Source: a virus. From it: a stretch of DNA of 64,000 bases. Shown piece by piece: positions 1-9,277 of the stretch. The translations under genes and the position numbers were made by a program. Numbering within the stretch: position 1 is the stretch's first letter; every line of letters begins with the position of its first letter. The notes beneath the pieces are model-generated. The model did no database searches and was not told the origin of the DNA. It saw only the letters and a program-made list of their open reading frames with translations. The stretch lies in IMG/VR virus record IMGVR_UViG_3300042731_007874; one strand, given 5' to 3'.

Positions 1-1
1 C

Positions 2-313
2 TCAAAAATACTAGAAGATTTTATTACTAGAGAAGACGCAAAACAAATGATGCAGACATCTAATTTACCGGTTACGACTTCGGTAGATACTCTTGTTAAT
101 ACAGCGGTTCAAGTTGTTCCAGCAAGTGGTACAGGAACTGGTATTGGTAAAGGCACTGGGACAGGCAAGGGAAACACTTCTCCTATTTATAATGGATCTC
201 AACCAAGTGCTGGATCTAGATTACTAGAGCAGCGCCGGAAAGCCGAAAAAGAACGTGGTTATGTTGAAATAAAAGCACAAACAGCTCCTATTGAGCAAAC
301 ATCAGGACTATAA
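2..313 (+). CDS. 5'-truncated hypothetical protein with Gly/Thr-rich segment (GTGTGIGKGTGTGKG)
   Basis: Frame is open from base 2 (SKILEDFITREDAKQMMQ...), so the track start at 47 is probably internal; stop overlaps next ATG (TAATG). Confidence 0.6.
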   Translation, partial: SKILEDFITREDAKQMMQTSNLPVTTSVDTLVNTAVQVVPASGTGTGIGKGTGTGKGNTSPIYNGSQPSAGSRLLEQRRKAEKERGYVEIKAQTAPIEQTSGL

Positions 314-2229
314 TGGCTCTTATTGACGATTCGGCCGTAAAGGTAAACTTAAATAACCCTCGTGCAGCGCACGATTATACTTTGGTTATTGGTGCTTTTG
401 AGAAAAAGTCTACCGATCAAGTTAAAGAAAATTATGTTTTAGCTCCATCTTACAAAGACGTTTATTCTACTAGGAACTTTTCTCAACGAGTTCAAGAACA
501 GATGAACTACTATCCAGGTATTCATCAGTCTGCCGGGCAGCCAACTTATGATCCGTTTTATACTAATGCAAAACAAGACTCTAATGAAAATTTAAACTTT
601 TGGAATAACGCTCTTGATAATCCAAATTCTTTTATGAATGGTTTGCGCTCAAAAGAACAAGATTTTGACTATACTTCTATTTTCGGTTCAGATGCGTCGG
701 CTGAAGAGCGAGCAAAAAATATTGGAAAGTTAATAACAGAATGTGTTCCTTGCTTTGATAGGCTTTTGGATTTAGACAACCTATTACCTAGCGGAGATTT
801 ACTGGAAGTCCATCTATTAAACATAAAGATTAGAAGTGATCTTCTTCAACAGATTGCTGATTTGTTTAATAATCCTGGCGATTATATAGATATTTGTGAA
901 CTCTTAAATTTATTGTCGTCTATTTGTCCTCAAGATTTATTAGCAATGCTTGCCTTGTTAACACAAGTACTTGCAAAGATGAATCTAGATGTAAAATTTA
1001 ACTTAGATTTTATAGTTAGTCTTGTTGGTCCAATCTTGTCTCCTTTCTTAAATGCTTTATCTCAATGGTTAGATAAGTGGATTCAGTTAATTTTGGGACC
1101 GATGATTTGTGTTGTAGATCACATTAATGAAACAATCATTACTGCTCAACAATTCAAGATTCCCTTCCAAGAAGCAAGAATTAGTACAGAAGCAGACTTA
1201 GGGATTTTAGGCGAAGCCGGGCAAACGATCTTTGCTTCTACAGATGATAGAGCAGGGATTACTGGCGGATGGTCTCCATCCGAACAAGATAGACTTCAAT
1301 TATTAAGAGCCGAAAAGTATAAGAATTCTCCTCCTGAATGGCCAGACGAAGAAATCGAAATGTCTCAAGACGAGATGTCGGAAGCATGGAATCCAACAAT
1401 GTCTCCTGAAGAACGAGCAAAAAGAAATGCCGAATGGGAAGCCAAAAGACAAGAAAGATATAGAAAACAAATAGCAAATTCTCCTGTAATTCCCAATCAA
1501 AGACCTCTTCGAGATGGTACTTTATGGAGTAATGACGAAATTCCTAATTCTGAAAAATACGCTAAGGGATATCGTTTTGGAGATGAATATTATCCTCCAG
1601 AAAAGCAAGCAAGAGTGTTAGATTCAGAAGCCTATTTTAACCCAGCCCCAGTAGTAAATAGTATTGTTCAGTTAAGAAATATACTACAAATGGGAATCCA
1701 ATATGTAGATGATTGGTTTACGTATATTACCCAAATGATTTATGACTTGTTGGGAACTGATGTTGGGTGGATGCAAAAGAAAACTGGATCTGCTGTTATG
1801 AGATCCCAAATTGTAAAGCTAATTATATTAATAAAATCTATCTTACAGGCTTGGTCTAAAAACGGACTCCAATGCGGAATGAATTCAAATTTAGACATTG
1901 CTCAAATGAGATATATCTTCGAAAATTCTCTTAATAAATACTCTGATACAAAATTTGAAGTCTTGGATAATGGCGATATTCGGATAACTCCTCCAGGGAA
2001 CGATCCTCCACCTGAAGTAATTGACAATACAGATTCTTCAACTGGTTCTACTGATACTATTGATGGTGGAGTTGATACAGGAGACATAACTAACCAGAAA
2101 GATGAAGAAAACGAGCAAGAAACTGAAAAATCAGGTATTATAGTAAAGAACTGTCTAAAAGATCTGTCAGCAGATCAACTTAGTGAGGCCAGACGGTGGA
2201 TTTCAGAATATGAGGAGAGGCTATCTTAA
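313..2229 (+). CDS. Hypothetical protein (638 aa), directly upstream of and coupled to the portal gene; possibly virion-associated
   Basis: Long ORF with TAATG coupling at both ends; Cys-containing helical core (ECVPCF, ICELL, SICPQ, MICVV) and acidic linkers; no motif recognised. Confidence 0.75.
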   Translation: MALIDDSAVKVNLNNPRAAHDYTLVIGAFEKKSTDQVKENYVLAPSYKDVYSTRNFSQRVQEQMNYYPGIHQSAGQPTYDPFYTNAKQDSNENLNFWNNALDNPNSFMNGLRSKEQDFDYTSIFGSDASAEERAKNIGKLITECVPCFDRLLDLDNLLPSGDLLEVHLLNIKIRSDLLQQIADLFNNPGDYIDICELLNLLSSICPQDLLAMLALLTQVLAKMNLDVKFNLDFIVSLVGPILSPFLNALSQWLDKWIQLILGPMICVVDHINETIITAQQFKIPFQEARISTEADLGILGEAGQTIFASTDDRAGITGGWSPSEQDRLQLLRAEKYKNSPPEWPDEEIEMSQDEMSEAWNPTMSPEERAKRNAEWEAKRQERYRKQIANSPVIPNQRPLRDGTLWSNDEIPNSEKYAKGYRFGDEYYPPEKQARVLDSEAYFNPAPVVNSIVQLRNILQMGIQYVDDWFTYITQMIYDLLGTDVGWMQKKTGSAVMRSQIVKLIILIKSILQAWSKNGLQCGMNSNLDIAQMRYIFENSLNKYSDTKFEVLDNGDIRITPPGNDPPPEVIDNTDSSTGSTDTIDGGVDTGDITNQKDEENEQETEKSGIIVKNCLKDLSADQLSEARRWISEYEERLS

Positions 2230-4352
2230 TGCCAGACGATAAAAAACCACAAAAAGGGAAGCAGCTAGATCTTAATGTAAAAACAATTCCTTCTCCTGTT
2301 AAGGTTTATACTCGAAACCAGAAACGAGGTAGAGAGCCAAACCAAACTTGGGAATCGCCTGAATGGAATCTAGCTGAATGTGGTCGAATTGTTGATGTTG
2401 ATTCTTATGCTCGGCGAGCCTTTAGAGTAAAGAAAAATTTATTTACAAAAGAAGGTTACGAATTTGTTTCAGAGAATCCTGAAAGATCAAAATATATACA
2501 ACAAAGATTTCTTCAGATGGAATTGGCGACAAAGAAACCAATGCCGATTCTTGTTTCGGAAACAGTCTCTTCTTTGATTAGATGTTCTAACGCATTTTGG
2601 GTAAAAGTTCGTAATTATAAAGCTTCAGCAGGGAGAGTCCGATATATAGGAAAAAAGAAACTTGATCCGATTGCTGGGTATTTTCTTTTACCGCCGGAAA
2701 CAGTTCAAATCAAACGTGACGAATATGGAAAGATCTTAAAATACCAACAAGTTATCCGTGGCAAAAATAGAATTGAGTTTCAGCCAGAAGATGTTATTCA
2801 TTTTTATTTTGATCGAAGGGAAGGATTTTCTGTAGGAACTCCTATCTTAACTCCAGTAAAAGATGACATTCGGGCTCTTAGGAGAATAGAAGAAGATCTG
2901 GAATTACTTCTTCACAATCACCTCTTTCCTCTGTTTCATTACAAGGTGGGGACAACGGACGCTCCGGCAACACTTCTGGCAGACGGAAGTAGTGAAGTAG
3001 ATAAAGTGTCTTTAGAAGTCGCCATGATGCCAGCAGATGGTTGTTGGGTTACTTCGGAAAGACACGAGATCAAAGCAGTTGAAACTTCTCCAGCTCCATT
3101 CCCAGTAGATAAAATAATTGCTCATTTTAAACAACGTATCTTTACTGGGCTTGGAGTCTCCTCTGTTGATATGGGAGAAGGAGCAGGGGCGTCAAGATCT
3201 ACTGCGCAAACTCTTAGTAGAAATTTAATTGACGACACAAAATCAGATCAAAAAGACTTTGGTGCTCTTTTCTTCTTAGAAGTAATCTTAGAGCTTCTGT
3301 TAGAGTCGACTTTCCCTGTAGACTCATTATTACAAGATGATAATTTAGTGTTCTTAAAATTCAATGAAATTGATTTAGAGGCCCGCCAAGCTAAAGAAAA
3401 TCACTTAATGGATATGTTTCTCAAGAACGGAATTACTCATTCTGAGCTTCGAACAGGTGCAGGCAGGAAGCCGTTTGAAGGGAATGGCTGGCTCTCTACT
3501 GGAGATGGAGATTGGGCTGAAACTAATTATGGGATTATTGAGAGAGATAAGATTCTCCTACAGTCTCTTGATGAGCCAGGAACTCCTGAATCAAAGGAAG
3601 AGACGAAGTCAAGAACGAAAGCGAACAATACAAAATCTGCTGGAGGGAATGCAGTTGAAAACAAAAACAAACCTGCCAACCAAACAGGTTCTCGTCCATC
3701 AGCGAAGTTAAATAAAGATTTCGCTGATTATTCTTCAGTTTATCCAATAATCCAGTCTAAAAAACTTCCATTATCAACTGCATTTTCTTCAGCCAGAAAA
3801 GAAATAATTACTGCTATCCAAACAGGAACATTTACAGAAAGTTCTTCTAAGGCAGTATTAGATCGATATTTCTTAAAAGCAAACCAAAACTTATTTTCTG
3901 TTTGTCGGCAATCTTTTTATTCCGGCTATCAGTTAACGAATCAAGACATTACAGAGGTAGAACTACATAATGTTTATTTTAGTATTAGACAACAGCTTGA
4001 TTTTTATTTAAATAAACTTCAAAAAGATCTTTATTCTTCGTTAATTAGAAATACTGAACAAGATATCTTATTCAAACAGGAAGACGTCACCTTTACAAAA
4101 TGGGTTTTTGATGCGCATTCAAGACGAGTGTCACAAATTGAAGACTGCGAAATAAAGAGATGTTTTAACTACGGGCTAGCAATTGGTCTTGAACAAAAAG
4201 GAGTAGAAATAGACTTTGAAGCAGCAGAAAATAATGACTGTCAGCTTTGTGCTAGCTCTATTTTGAAATATAAAGACAACAATGCTATAATTTTTAAAGA
4301 GTTACCTCCTTTCCATCCATCTTGTGGACATAAAGTGAGGAATTCGAGCTAA
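2229..4352 (+). CDS. Portal protein with C-terminal MuF/SPP1 gp7-like head morphogenesis domain
   Basis: Portal-like motifs (CSNAFWVKVR, LLPPETVQIKRDEYGKILKYQQ, FQPEDVIHF, GFSVGTP) and position before protease/MCP; C-terminus CQLC...LPPFHPSCGH resembles the MuF CxxC...PPxHPNCRC motif. Confidence 0.85.
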   Translation: MPDDKKPQKGKQLDLNVKTIPSPVKVYTRNQKRGREPNQTWESPEWNLAECGRIVDVDSYARRAFRVKKNLFTKEGYEFVSENPERSKYIQQRFLQMELATKKPMPILVSETVSSLIRCSNAFWVKVRNYKASAGRVRYIGKKKLDPIAGYFLLPPETVQIKRDEYGKILKYQQVIRGKNRIEFQPEDVIHFYFDRREGFSVGTPILTPVKDDIRALRRIEEDLELLLHNHLFPLFHYKVGTTDAPATLLADGSSEVDKVSLEVAMMPADGCWVTSERHEIKAVETSPAPFPVDKIIAHFKQRIFTGLGVSSVDMGEGAGASRSTAQTLSRNLIDDTKSDQKDFGALFFLEVILELLLESTFPVDSLLQDDNLVFLKFNEIDLEARQAKENHLMDMFLKNGITHSELRTGAGRKPFEGNGWLSTGDGDWAETNYGIIERDKILLQSLDEPGTPESKEETKSRTKANNTKSAGGNAVENKNKPANQTGSRPSAKLNKDFADYSSVYPIIQSKKLPLSTAFSSARKEIITAIQTGTFTESSSKAVLDRYFLKANQNLFSVCRQSFYSGYQLTNQDITEVELHNVYFSIRQQLDFYLNKLQKDLYSSLIRNTEQDILFKQEDVTFTKWVFDAHSRRVSQIEDCEIKRCFNYGLAIGLEQKGVEIDFEAAENNDCQLCASSILKYKDNNAIIFKELPPFHPSCGHKVRNSS
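4263..4291 (+). promoter_or_regulatory. sigma70/sigmaA-type promoter for the head operon
   Basis: TTGAAA (4263-4268), 17-nt spacer, TG-c-TATAAT (extended -10; TATAAT 4286-4291), inside the portal 3' end, about 75 nt before the protease start (SD AAGGAG 4351-4356). Confidence 0.7.
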
Positions 4353-4367
4353 GGAGTTTTAAAACAT

Positions 4368-6464
4368 ATGCCGCAAATTGCACAATTTAGAGATTTTTTT
4401 GAGTTGGTTCCTCCCACCCAAGAAGATTTTCAAGCGTTTGAGGATTCTAAAGCTTCCAGTTCAAAAAAGAAAAAAGGACTGGAGGTTACTTTTGTTGCAA
4501 CTAATTCAGGAAAAGTAAACCATAACCTTCGTTTGTATCTTCCTTCTTTGATGGAAGAGGGGGCAGATTCTTTTATAAACAGAAAGAAACCGGCTAAAAT
4601 CTTAAAACACCACAACGGGATGTCTGATCCAGTTGGTAAGATTACTGGGTCGGAATATGTTTCTAACATTCCAGATAGTCTAAAAGACGATCCTAATGTC
4701 AAGATTATGACCGATAAAGAACTTCCTATTGATGTAAAACTAAAGGCAGTTCGAAATTTTATCGCAAGTAGGGTCCCGTTGTCTTCTGATTTTCAAGGAC
4801 TTGGCTATATAAAGTTAAAAGGTCTTATTTTAGATAACGAAACCATTGAACAAATTAAAGACGGAAGGTATGACGAAGTTAGTACTTCTTTCCATTCCCC
4901 TGGATTAGTATTTTGTTCAGAATGCGGCACAAATCTTACAAAAGATGATTGTGAGCATTATCCAGGAAGGATTTATTATGAAGACGAGGAAGAGAAAACA
5001 AACGGAGCTATTTGCGTAATCGTTCCTGGGAAACATTTGTATGACGAATGTAGTCTTGTAGTAAATCCTGCAGACAGTGATACCGAAATAAAATTCGGTG
5101 ATATGAAAGAAACACTAGTCTCTTTGGGAGACACAGATAAAACTATTAAGGAGTATCAAATTGCCCGAAAGGAGATCTTTAGCGATGATGCTTCTTATGT
5201 TCTTAAAAATGACGAGGAGGAACCAATGAAGCTTTCTGATTCTCAACAGAAGGTCTTCGAGGTTATCAAGAATCTCCGACCGGAAATGTCGGAAGAAGAC
5301 GCAAAATCAATGGCAGTTAAGATAGAGGCTATGGTCGATAAGGATGGAGTTTATCCTAATCAGCTAGAAGCAGAGATTGATAACAACACTGCAATTGAAT
5401 ATATCCTTGATGATCTTGAAACATCTGAAGAAGAAATTAACGCGGATGAGGTTTATGAGGAACTAGAGAAAGAATTGGTTTCTCTTGAACTTGAAGATGC
5501 AAAACTTTCCACTAAGCAACGAAAAGATTTGCCAGCAAGTGCTTTTTGTGGCCCTAATAGGAGTTTCCCAGTTAATGACTGTGCCCATGTAACGGCAGCC
5601 CGGAGACTTCTTGGCCGTTATAAAGGACCTGGCAATAAAACTAGTATTCTTGCTTGTATAAATCGAAAAGCAAAATCACTAGGATGTGACAGCTCAGATT
5701 CTACCAAGCCTGATGATCAAGAACCAACAAATGATTTTGTTTTACCAACATGCGAAGCAATTAAAAGCTTAAATGACGAAGATATGCTTTTGCTTTTCTC
5801 TATGGCAGAGACAGAACTTATTGACAGGAAGAAAAAGCTTCCTAGAGAGTGCTCTAGTTGTGCAGAAGCTCATGCTCTCAAAGACAAAGCTGTAGCGGAA
5901 AAAGAACTTACTACTGACGAACTTAATAAATTATCTTCTAAAGTGGTTGCTCTTCGAGAAGAATTTCGGCTTCAGGCAGCTGACTATCAGAATCTGGTTT
6001 CGGACTACGCTTTACTCGGAGCAAAACTAGACGACCTGAAACGAGATAAGCTTTCATTAATGAAGGTTCTTTCTGGTTCAGGAAAGATGTCTTTGGACGA
6101 AGCAAAAGATAGTCTTAAACAGGCAGATCTGGAACGAGCAGAGATTACGATTTCTGATAATTTTGATTTAGAGAAGATTTCTGACAAGCTTTTTGACGGA
6201 ATGGATCATACTCCATCAGGAGAGCAGGTAGGAGATCCTTCGGTTCATCCTGATAATCAAGGAGAACCAGAGTTCACTGCTAGGGAGCAGATCGCGATCA
6301 AAAGAATAGAGGAAGCCCTTCGAGACAAAAATGAAACTGAAGCCTATCGGCTCTATGATAAATTTGTATCTATTGAAGTAATAAATCCAACCAAAATTAC
6401 TTTTGAGAAAATAGCGGAAGACGCTACAGAAGATAATTCAGGAGGTAATAGTAATGACAATTAA
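4368..6464 (+). CDS. Prohead protease fused to scaffolding domain
   Basis: HK97-type protease-like motifs (ILKHHNGMSDPVGKI, YDEVSTSF, ECSLVVNPAD), Zn-finger-like CSECG...CEH, acidic/coiled-coil C-terminal half, position between portal and capsid genes. Confidence 0.85.
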   Translation: MPQIAQFRDFFELVPPTQEDFQAFEDSKASSSKKKKGLEVTFVATNSGKVNHNLRLYLPSLMEEGADSFINRKKPAKILKHHNGMSDPVGKITGSEYVSNIPDSLKDDPNVKIMTDKELPIDVKLKAVRNFIASRVPLSSDFQGLGYIKLKGLILDNETIEQIKDGRYDEVSTSFHSPGLVFCSECGTNLTKDDCEHYPGRIYYEDEEEKTNGAICVIVPGKHLYDECSLVVNPADSDTEIKFGDMKETLVSLGDTDKTIKEYQIARKEIFSDDASYVLKNDEEEPMKLSDSQQKVFEVIKNLRPEMSEEDAKSMAVKIEAMVDKDGVYPNQLEAEIDNNTAIEYILDDLETSEEEINADEVYEELEKELVSLELEDAKLSTKQRKDLPASAFCGPNRSFPVNDCAHVTAARRLLGRYKGPGNKTSILACINRKAKSLGCDSSDSTKPDDQEPTNDFVLPTCEAIKSLNDEDMLLLFSMAETELIDRKKKLPRECSSCAEAHALKDKAVAEKELTTDELNKLSSKVVALREEFRLQAADYQNLVSDYALLGAKLDDLKRDKLSLMKVLSGSGKMSLDEAKDSLKQADLERAEITISDNFDLEKISDKLFDGMDHTPSGEQVGDPSVHPDNQGEPEFTAREQIAIKRIEEALRDKNETEAYRLYDKFVSIEVINPTKITFEKIAEDATEDNSGGNSNDN
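5226..6464 (+). CDS. Probable nested in-frame scaffolding protein (412 aa) from an internal start
   Basis: Strong SD GAGGAGG at 5214-5220, 5 nt before an in-frame ATG at 5226 (MKLSDSQ...), right after the protease domain. Confidence 0.55.
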   Translation: MKLSDSQQKVFEVIKNLRPEMSEEDAKSMAVKIEAMVDKDGVYPNQLEAEIDNNTAIEYILDDLETSEEEINADEVYEELEKELVSLELEDAKLSTKQRKDLPASAFCGPNRSFPVNDCAHVTAARRLLGRYKGPGNKTSILACINRKAKSLGCDSSDSTKPDDQEPTNDFVLPTCEAIKSLNDEDMLLLFSMAETELIDRKKKLPRECSSCAEAHALKDKAVAEKELTTDELNKLSSKVVALREEFRLQAADYQNLVSDYALLGAKLDDLKRDKLSLMKVLSGSGKMSLDEAKDSLKQADLERAEITISDNFDLEKISDKLFDGMDHTPSGEQVGDPSVHPDNQGEPEFTAREQIAIKRIEEALRDKNETEAYRLYDKFVSIEVINPTKITFEKIAEDATEDNSGGNSNDN

Positions 6465-7863
6465 TCGCGGATTTACCGCTAACCACAAAGTTTATGACCG
6501 GATGACTCGGTTAACTCCTGTCGTGGAGAAATCCGAGTCGGAACGGCTATTTTCAAATGCAACTGTAGCTGCGTGGCTACCGGTTTCTCGACAAACAGAA
6601 GATGTTGGTGCTTATGTTGTAATCTCAACTGGTAAGGCTGTTGCTCTAGACAACGAGAATCACTATGTACCGGCTGGATTGCGAAAGACCTGGAACACTG
6701 CGACCAGCACAACCATTCTTACTTATGCTGCAGCAGACGTTACAGAAAAGACTACTGACTTAACAACTGGAGTGGCTGTTGCTGCTGCGACTAGTTATAC
6801 TGAAACTCAGGTAACAACTGCTCTTCGAGAAAGAGGTCTTATTCGAGCAACTGAACGAGCTACTGATTTTATCAGTAAGCCTATCGGGGTTGCTTCTTAT
6901 GACTTTTTGAATGCGGCTGGTTCAGATCCTAACGATCCTAAAACCTACCGTTTCAACAATCATAACCCCCAGGCGAAACAGGTTTGTACTGCTGACTATA
7001 TTCTTCAGTATCCTCTCTTCCCGGCAATTGCCGAAACAGAAGCCACTGCTGATCGTACTAGTGGAGCAGCTGGCTTGATGGAGGATATTTTTGATGGGAC
7101 AACTACTCGAAATTCTTCAGCAACTGGATTCTTTAGTTCAACTCAAATTGCAGAGGTAACTCGTTATGCTTCTGAAGTTTCTGCTGGAGACGACGTTGTT
7201 GCCTTTGTCACTGTTAATTATCCCATCTCTGCGAATACCGCGCAGACTCCGATGTCGACTTCTACTTCTAGTTGTCTTGTAAATGAAGTTGGAAGCATTG
7301 GGGCTATCCGGGCAGCTGGGGATTATTTCGTTGACGAGAAAATGGGAGTTATCTTCCTCTATGAATCTGGTGGAGACGCTGTTCCTAGTCCATGGGTTGC
7401 TGCTACTACAACCATTACCTACTACCACTACCAGACAGAAGGGACTGGCAATACACTCTCGACATTTGCTTGTGTTCTTGGTGACGTTGGTCCTGGAGAC
7501 TTTCTCACTTACGACGACAATAGTAACTTGATTAAGGCTGTTTTGGACATCTCGGCTGCAGAAGGATATGACTCTAGCGAAGCTCTTTATAGTGCAGATC
7601 CTGATTATGATGACGCTGGTGAAGATGCGGCTATTTCGTTACAGATTGAAAAAGCAGTCCAGAATTACGTAGAAGGTATTGTTGGTCAGGTTGTTGGAAT
7701 TGAAACTTTCCCTCGTGGGGGTTTAGACAAAGTAGCAACTGCTTTTATGGGAGAGACTGCAGTTAACATGCAAACTCCAGGAACAGCTACTTCTGGCCGA
7801 ACAGACAATCTAACATATGCATCAGCATCGACCAAGATGGTGCTGGTTAATTTACTGAAGTAA
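6454..7863 (+). CDS. Head decoration/cement-like structural protein (469 aa)
   Basis: Between protease and MCP; SD GGAGGT; Thr/Ala-rich beta-type composition; N- and C-terminal conserved-looking blocks (VVISTGKAVALDNENHYVPAG; GIVGQVVGIETFP). Confidence 0.65.
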   Translation: MTINRGFTANHKVYDRMTRLTPVVEKSESERLFSNATVAAWLPVSRQTEDVGAYVVISTGKAVALDNENHYVPAGLRKTWNTATSTTILTYAAADVTEKTTDLTTGVAVAAATSYTETQVTTALRERGLIRATERATDFISKPIGVASYDFLNAAGSDPNDPKTYRFNNHNPQAKQVCTADYILQYPLFPAIAETEATADRTSGAAGLMEDIFDGTTTRNSSATGFFSSTQIAEVTRYASEVSAGDDVVAFVTVNYPISANTAQTPMSTSTSSCLVNEVGSIGAIRAAGDYFVDEKMGVIFLYESGGDAVPSPWVAATTTITYYHYQTEGTGNTLSTFACVLGDVGPGDFLTYDDNSNLIKAVLDISAAEGYDSSEALYSADPDYDDAGEDAAISLQIEKAVQNYVEGIVGQVVGIETFPRGGLDKVATAFMGETAVNMQTPGTATSGRTDNLTYASASTKMVLVNLLK

Positions 7864-7880
7864 ATAGGAGGCATCACACA

Positions 7881-9188
7881 ATGAGTAAATTTACACAAGA
7901 GGTTTATGCTGCTGCTTTTGGAGACGCAGTAAAGCTAAGCCCTACTGACCCAAAGGTTAAAGAGACCAACCGCTCTTTTATTGACACATGGAAGAACAAT
8001 GGTTGGAATGAGGTTGTCTCTGAACGATTCGAAATAAGTGACCTTATCGCAACTCCGAATGCGACTCACTGGCTTCCCCAGGTTATTGAAGAGATCGTTC
8101 GAGAACCAGTCGAGCCTCTGACTATTATTCCGTCTATTCTTGACAGGGTAAACTATACTTCTGGTTTGCGAATTACCCTCCCTGCGATTGGCGCTATTGT
8201 TGCAGATGACATTGCAGAAGGACAGCCTTACCCAGAAACCCAACTCCAGATTGCTCCTGGTTCTCAGACAATCACCGTTGGTAAGAGTGGTGTAGCGTTT
8301 AAGATCTCGGAAGAGATGATTAAACATTCGATGTTTGATATTGTTAACCTACATCTTATGGCTGGACGGAAAGCCCTTGATCGACATAAAGAGGTTAAAG
8401 GTTTTAACTATATTACCGGCATGGGTGTTGAGCTTTTTAATAACAGGACTCCTACAACTTCAGTGCATGGTGTTTGTACTGGTCGAGCTATTGATGGTTC
8501 TGGTAACGGCTCCATGCGAATGGAAGACCTTATTAAAGCTTATGCTCATGTAATGTTCCAGGGGTTTATTCCTAACGCTCTAATCCTTCATCCTTTAACT
8601 TGGGCGATGTGGATGGCGGATCCGGTTCTACGGATCATCGCTATGAATACCGGAAATATGGGCGCTTGGTTTAACAATCCCAATGTTGCGCGACAGTCTC
8701 TGCCTTGGCAGAACTCTTCACAGGCTCGTCGTGGTCGTTCTGGTGGTTTTGGACAGTACACTCCTGGTGGGAATGCGGCAAGTGCTACAGCAACTGCTCT
8801 TACAGCAATGGATCCTACTCTTTCTAGTCGGCCAAGCATTCCGGGTTATTTCCCCTTCCCGCTGCAGACAATTGTTACTCCTTTTGCTCCTTATAATGTG
8901 GCGAATAATACTTGCGATATTATCATCTGCGACTTGAATAGCCTTGGGGCTCTTGTTGTTGAAGAGGATGTTAGTGTGGACGAATGGGACGACAAGTCTG
9001 TTGACATGACTAAGTACAAACTTAGAGAGAAATACTCTTTTGCGGTTTATGACGAAGGCCTGGGCATCGGTGTTATGAAGAACATTCCGGTGAAAGCAAA
9101 TGAGATTGCTCTGCCAATGCAGGCTACTATTTCTGGAGCTGGAAGCTTGAGCGAAATTAGTGCTTCAACTGCAATCGCTGGACTCTAG
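7881..9188 (+). CDS. Major capsid protein (HK97 fold)
   Basis: SD AGGAGG; WLPQVIEEIVRE, ITVGKSGVAFKISEEMI, PNALILHPLTW, YKLREKYSFAV pattern typical of HK97-fold MCPs; followed by a terminator. Confidence 0.9.
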   Translation: MSKFTQEVYAAAFGDAVKLSPTDPKVKETNRSFIDTWKNNGWNEVVSERFEISDLIATPNATHWLPQVIEEIVREPVEPLTIIPSILDRVNYTSGLRITLPAIGAIVADDIAEGQPYPETQLQIAPGSQTITVGKSGVAFKISEEMIKHSMFDIVNLHLMAGRKALDRHKEVKGFNYITGMGVELFNNRTPTTSVHGVCTGRAIDGSGNGSMRMEDLIKAYAHVMFQGFIPNALILHPLTWAMWMADPVLRIIAMNTGNMGAWFNNPNVARQSLPWQNSSQARRGRSGGFGQYTPGGNAASATATALTAMDPTLSSRPSIPGYFPFPLQTIVTPFAPYNVANNTCDIIICDLNSLGALVVEEDVSVDEWDDKSVDMTKYKLREKYSFAVYDEGLGIGVMKNIPVKANEIALPMQATISGAGSLSEISASTAIAGL

Positions 9189-9218
9189 TGGCCGCTGAGG
9201 CTGAGGTGATGTGACTTT

Positions 9219-9256
9219 GAATAGGGAGGTAGGTTTCTGCTTCCCTATTCTTTTTT
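9219..9256 (+). terminator. Intrinsic (rho-independent) terminator after the MCP gene
   Basis: 14-bp stem GAATAGGGAGGTAG / CTGCTTCCCTATTC (two G.U pairs), 4-nt loop, then T6 (9251-9256). Confidence 0.8.
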
Positions 9257-9277
9257 AAACAAAAGGAGATAAGTTTT

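Noticed and set aside
47-313. ATG 47 as the true start of the first gene
   Set aside because: The frame is open back to base 2 and no SD precedes 47.
9186-9209. Amber readthrough of the MCP (TAG TGG CCG CTG AGG CTG AGG TGA)
   Set aside because: It would add only about 7 residues before a terminator, and there is no supporting context.
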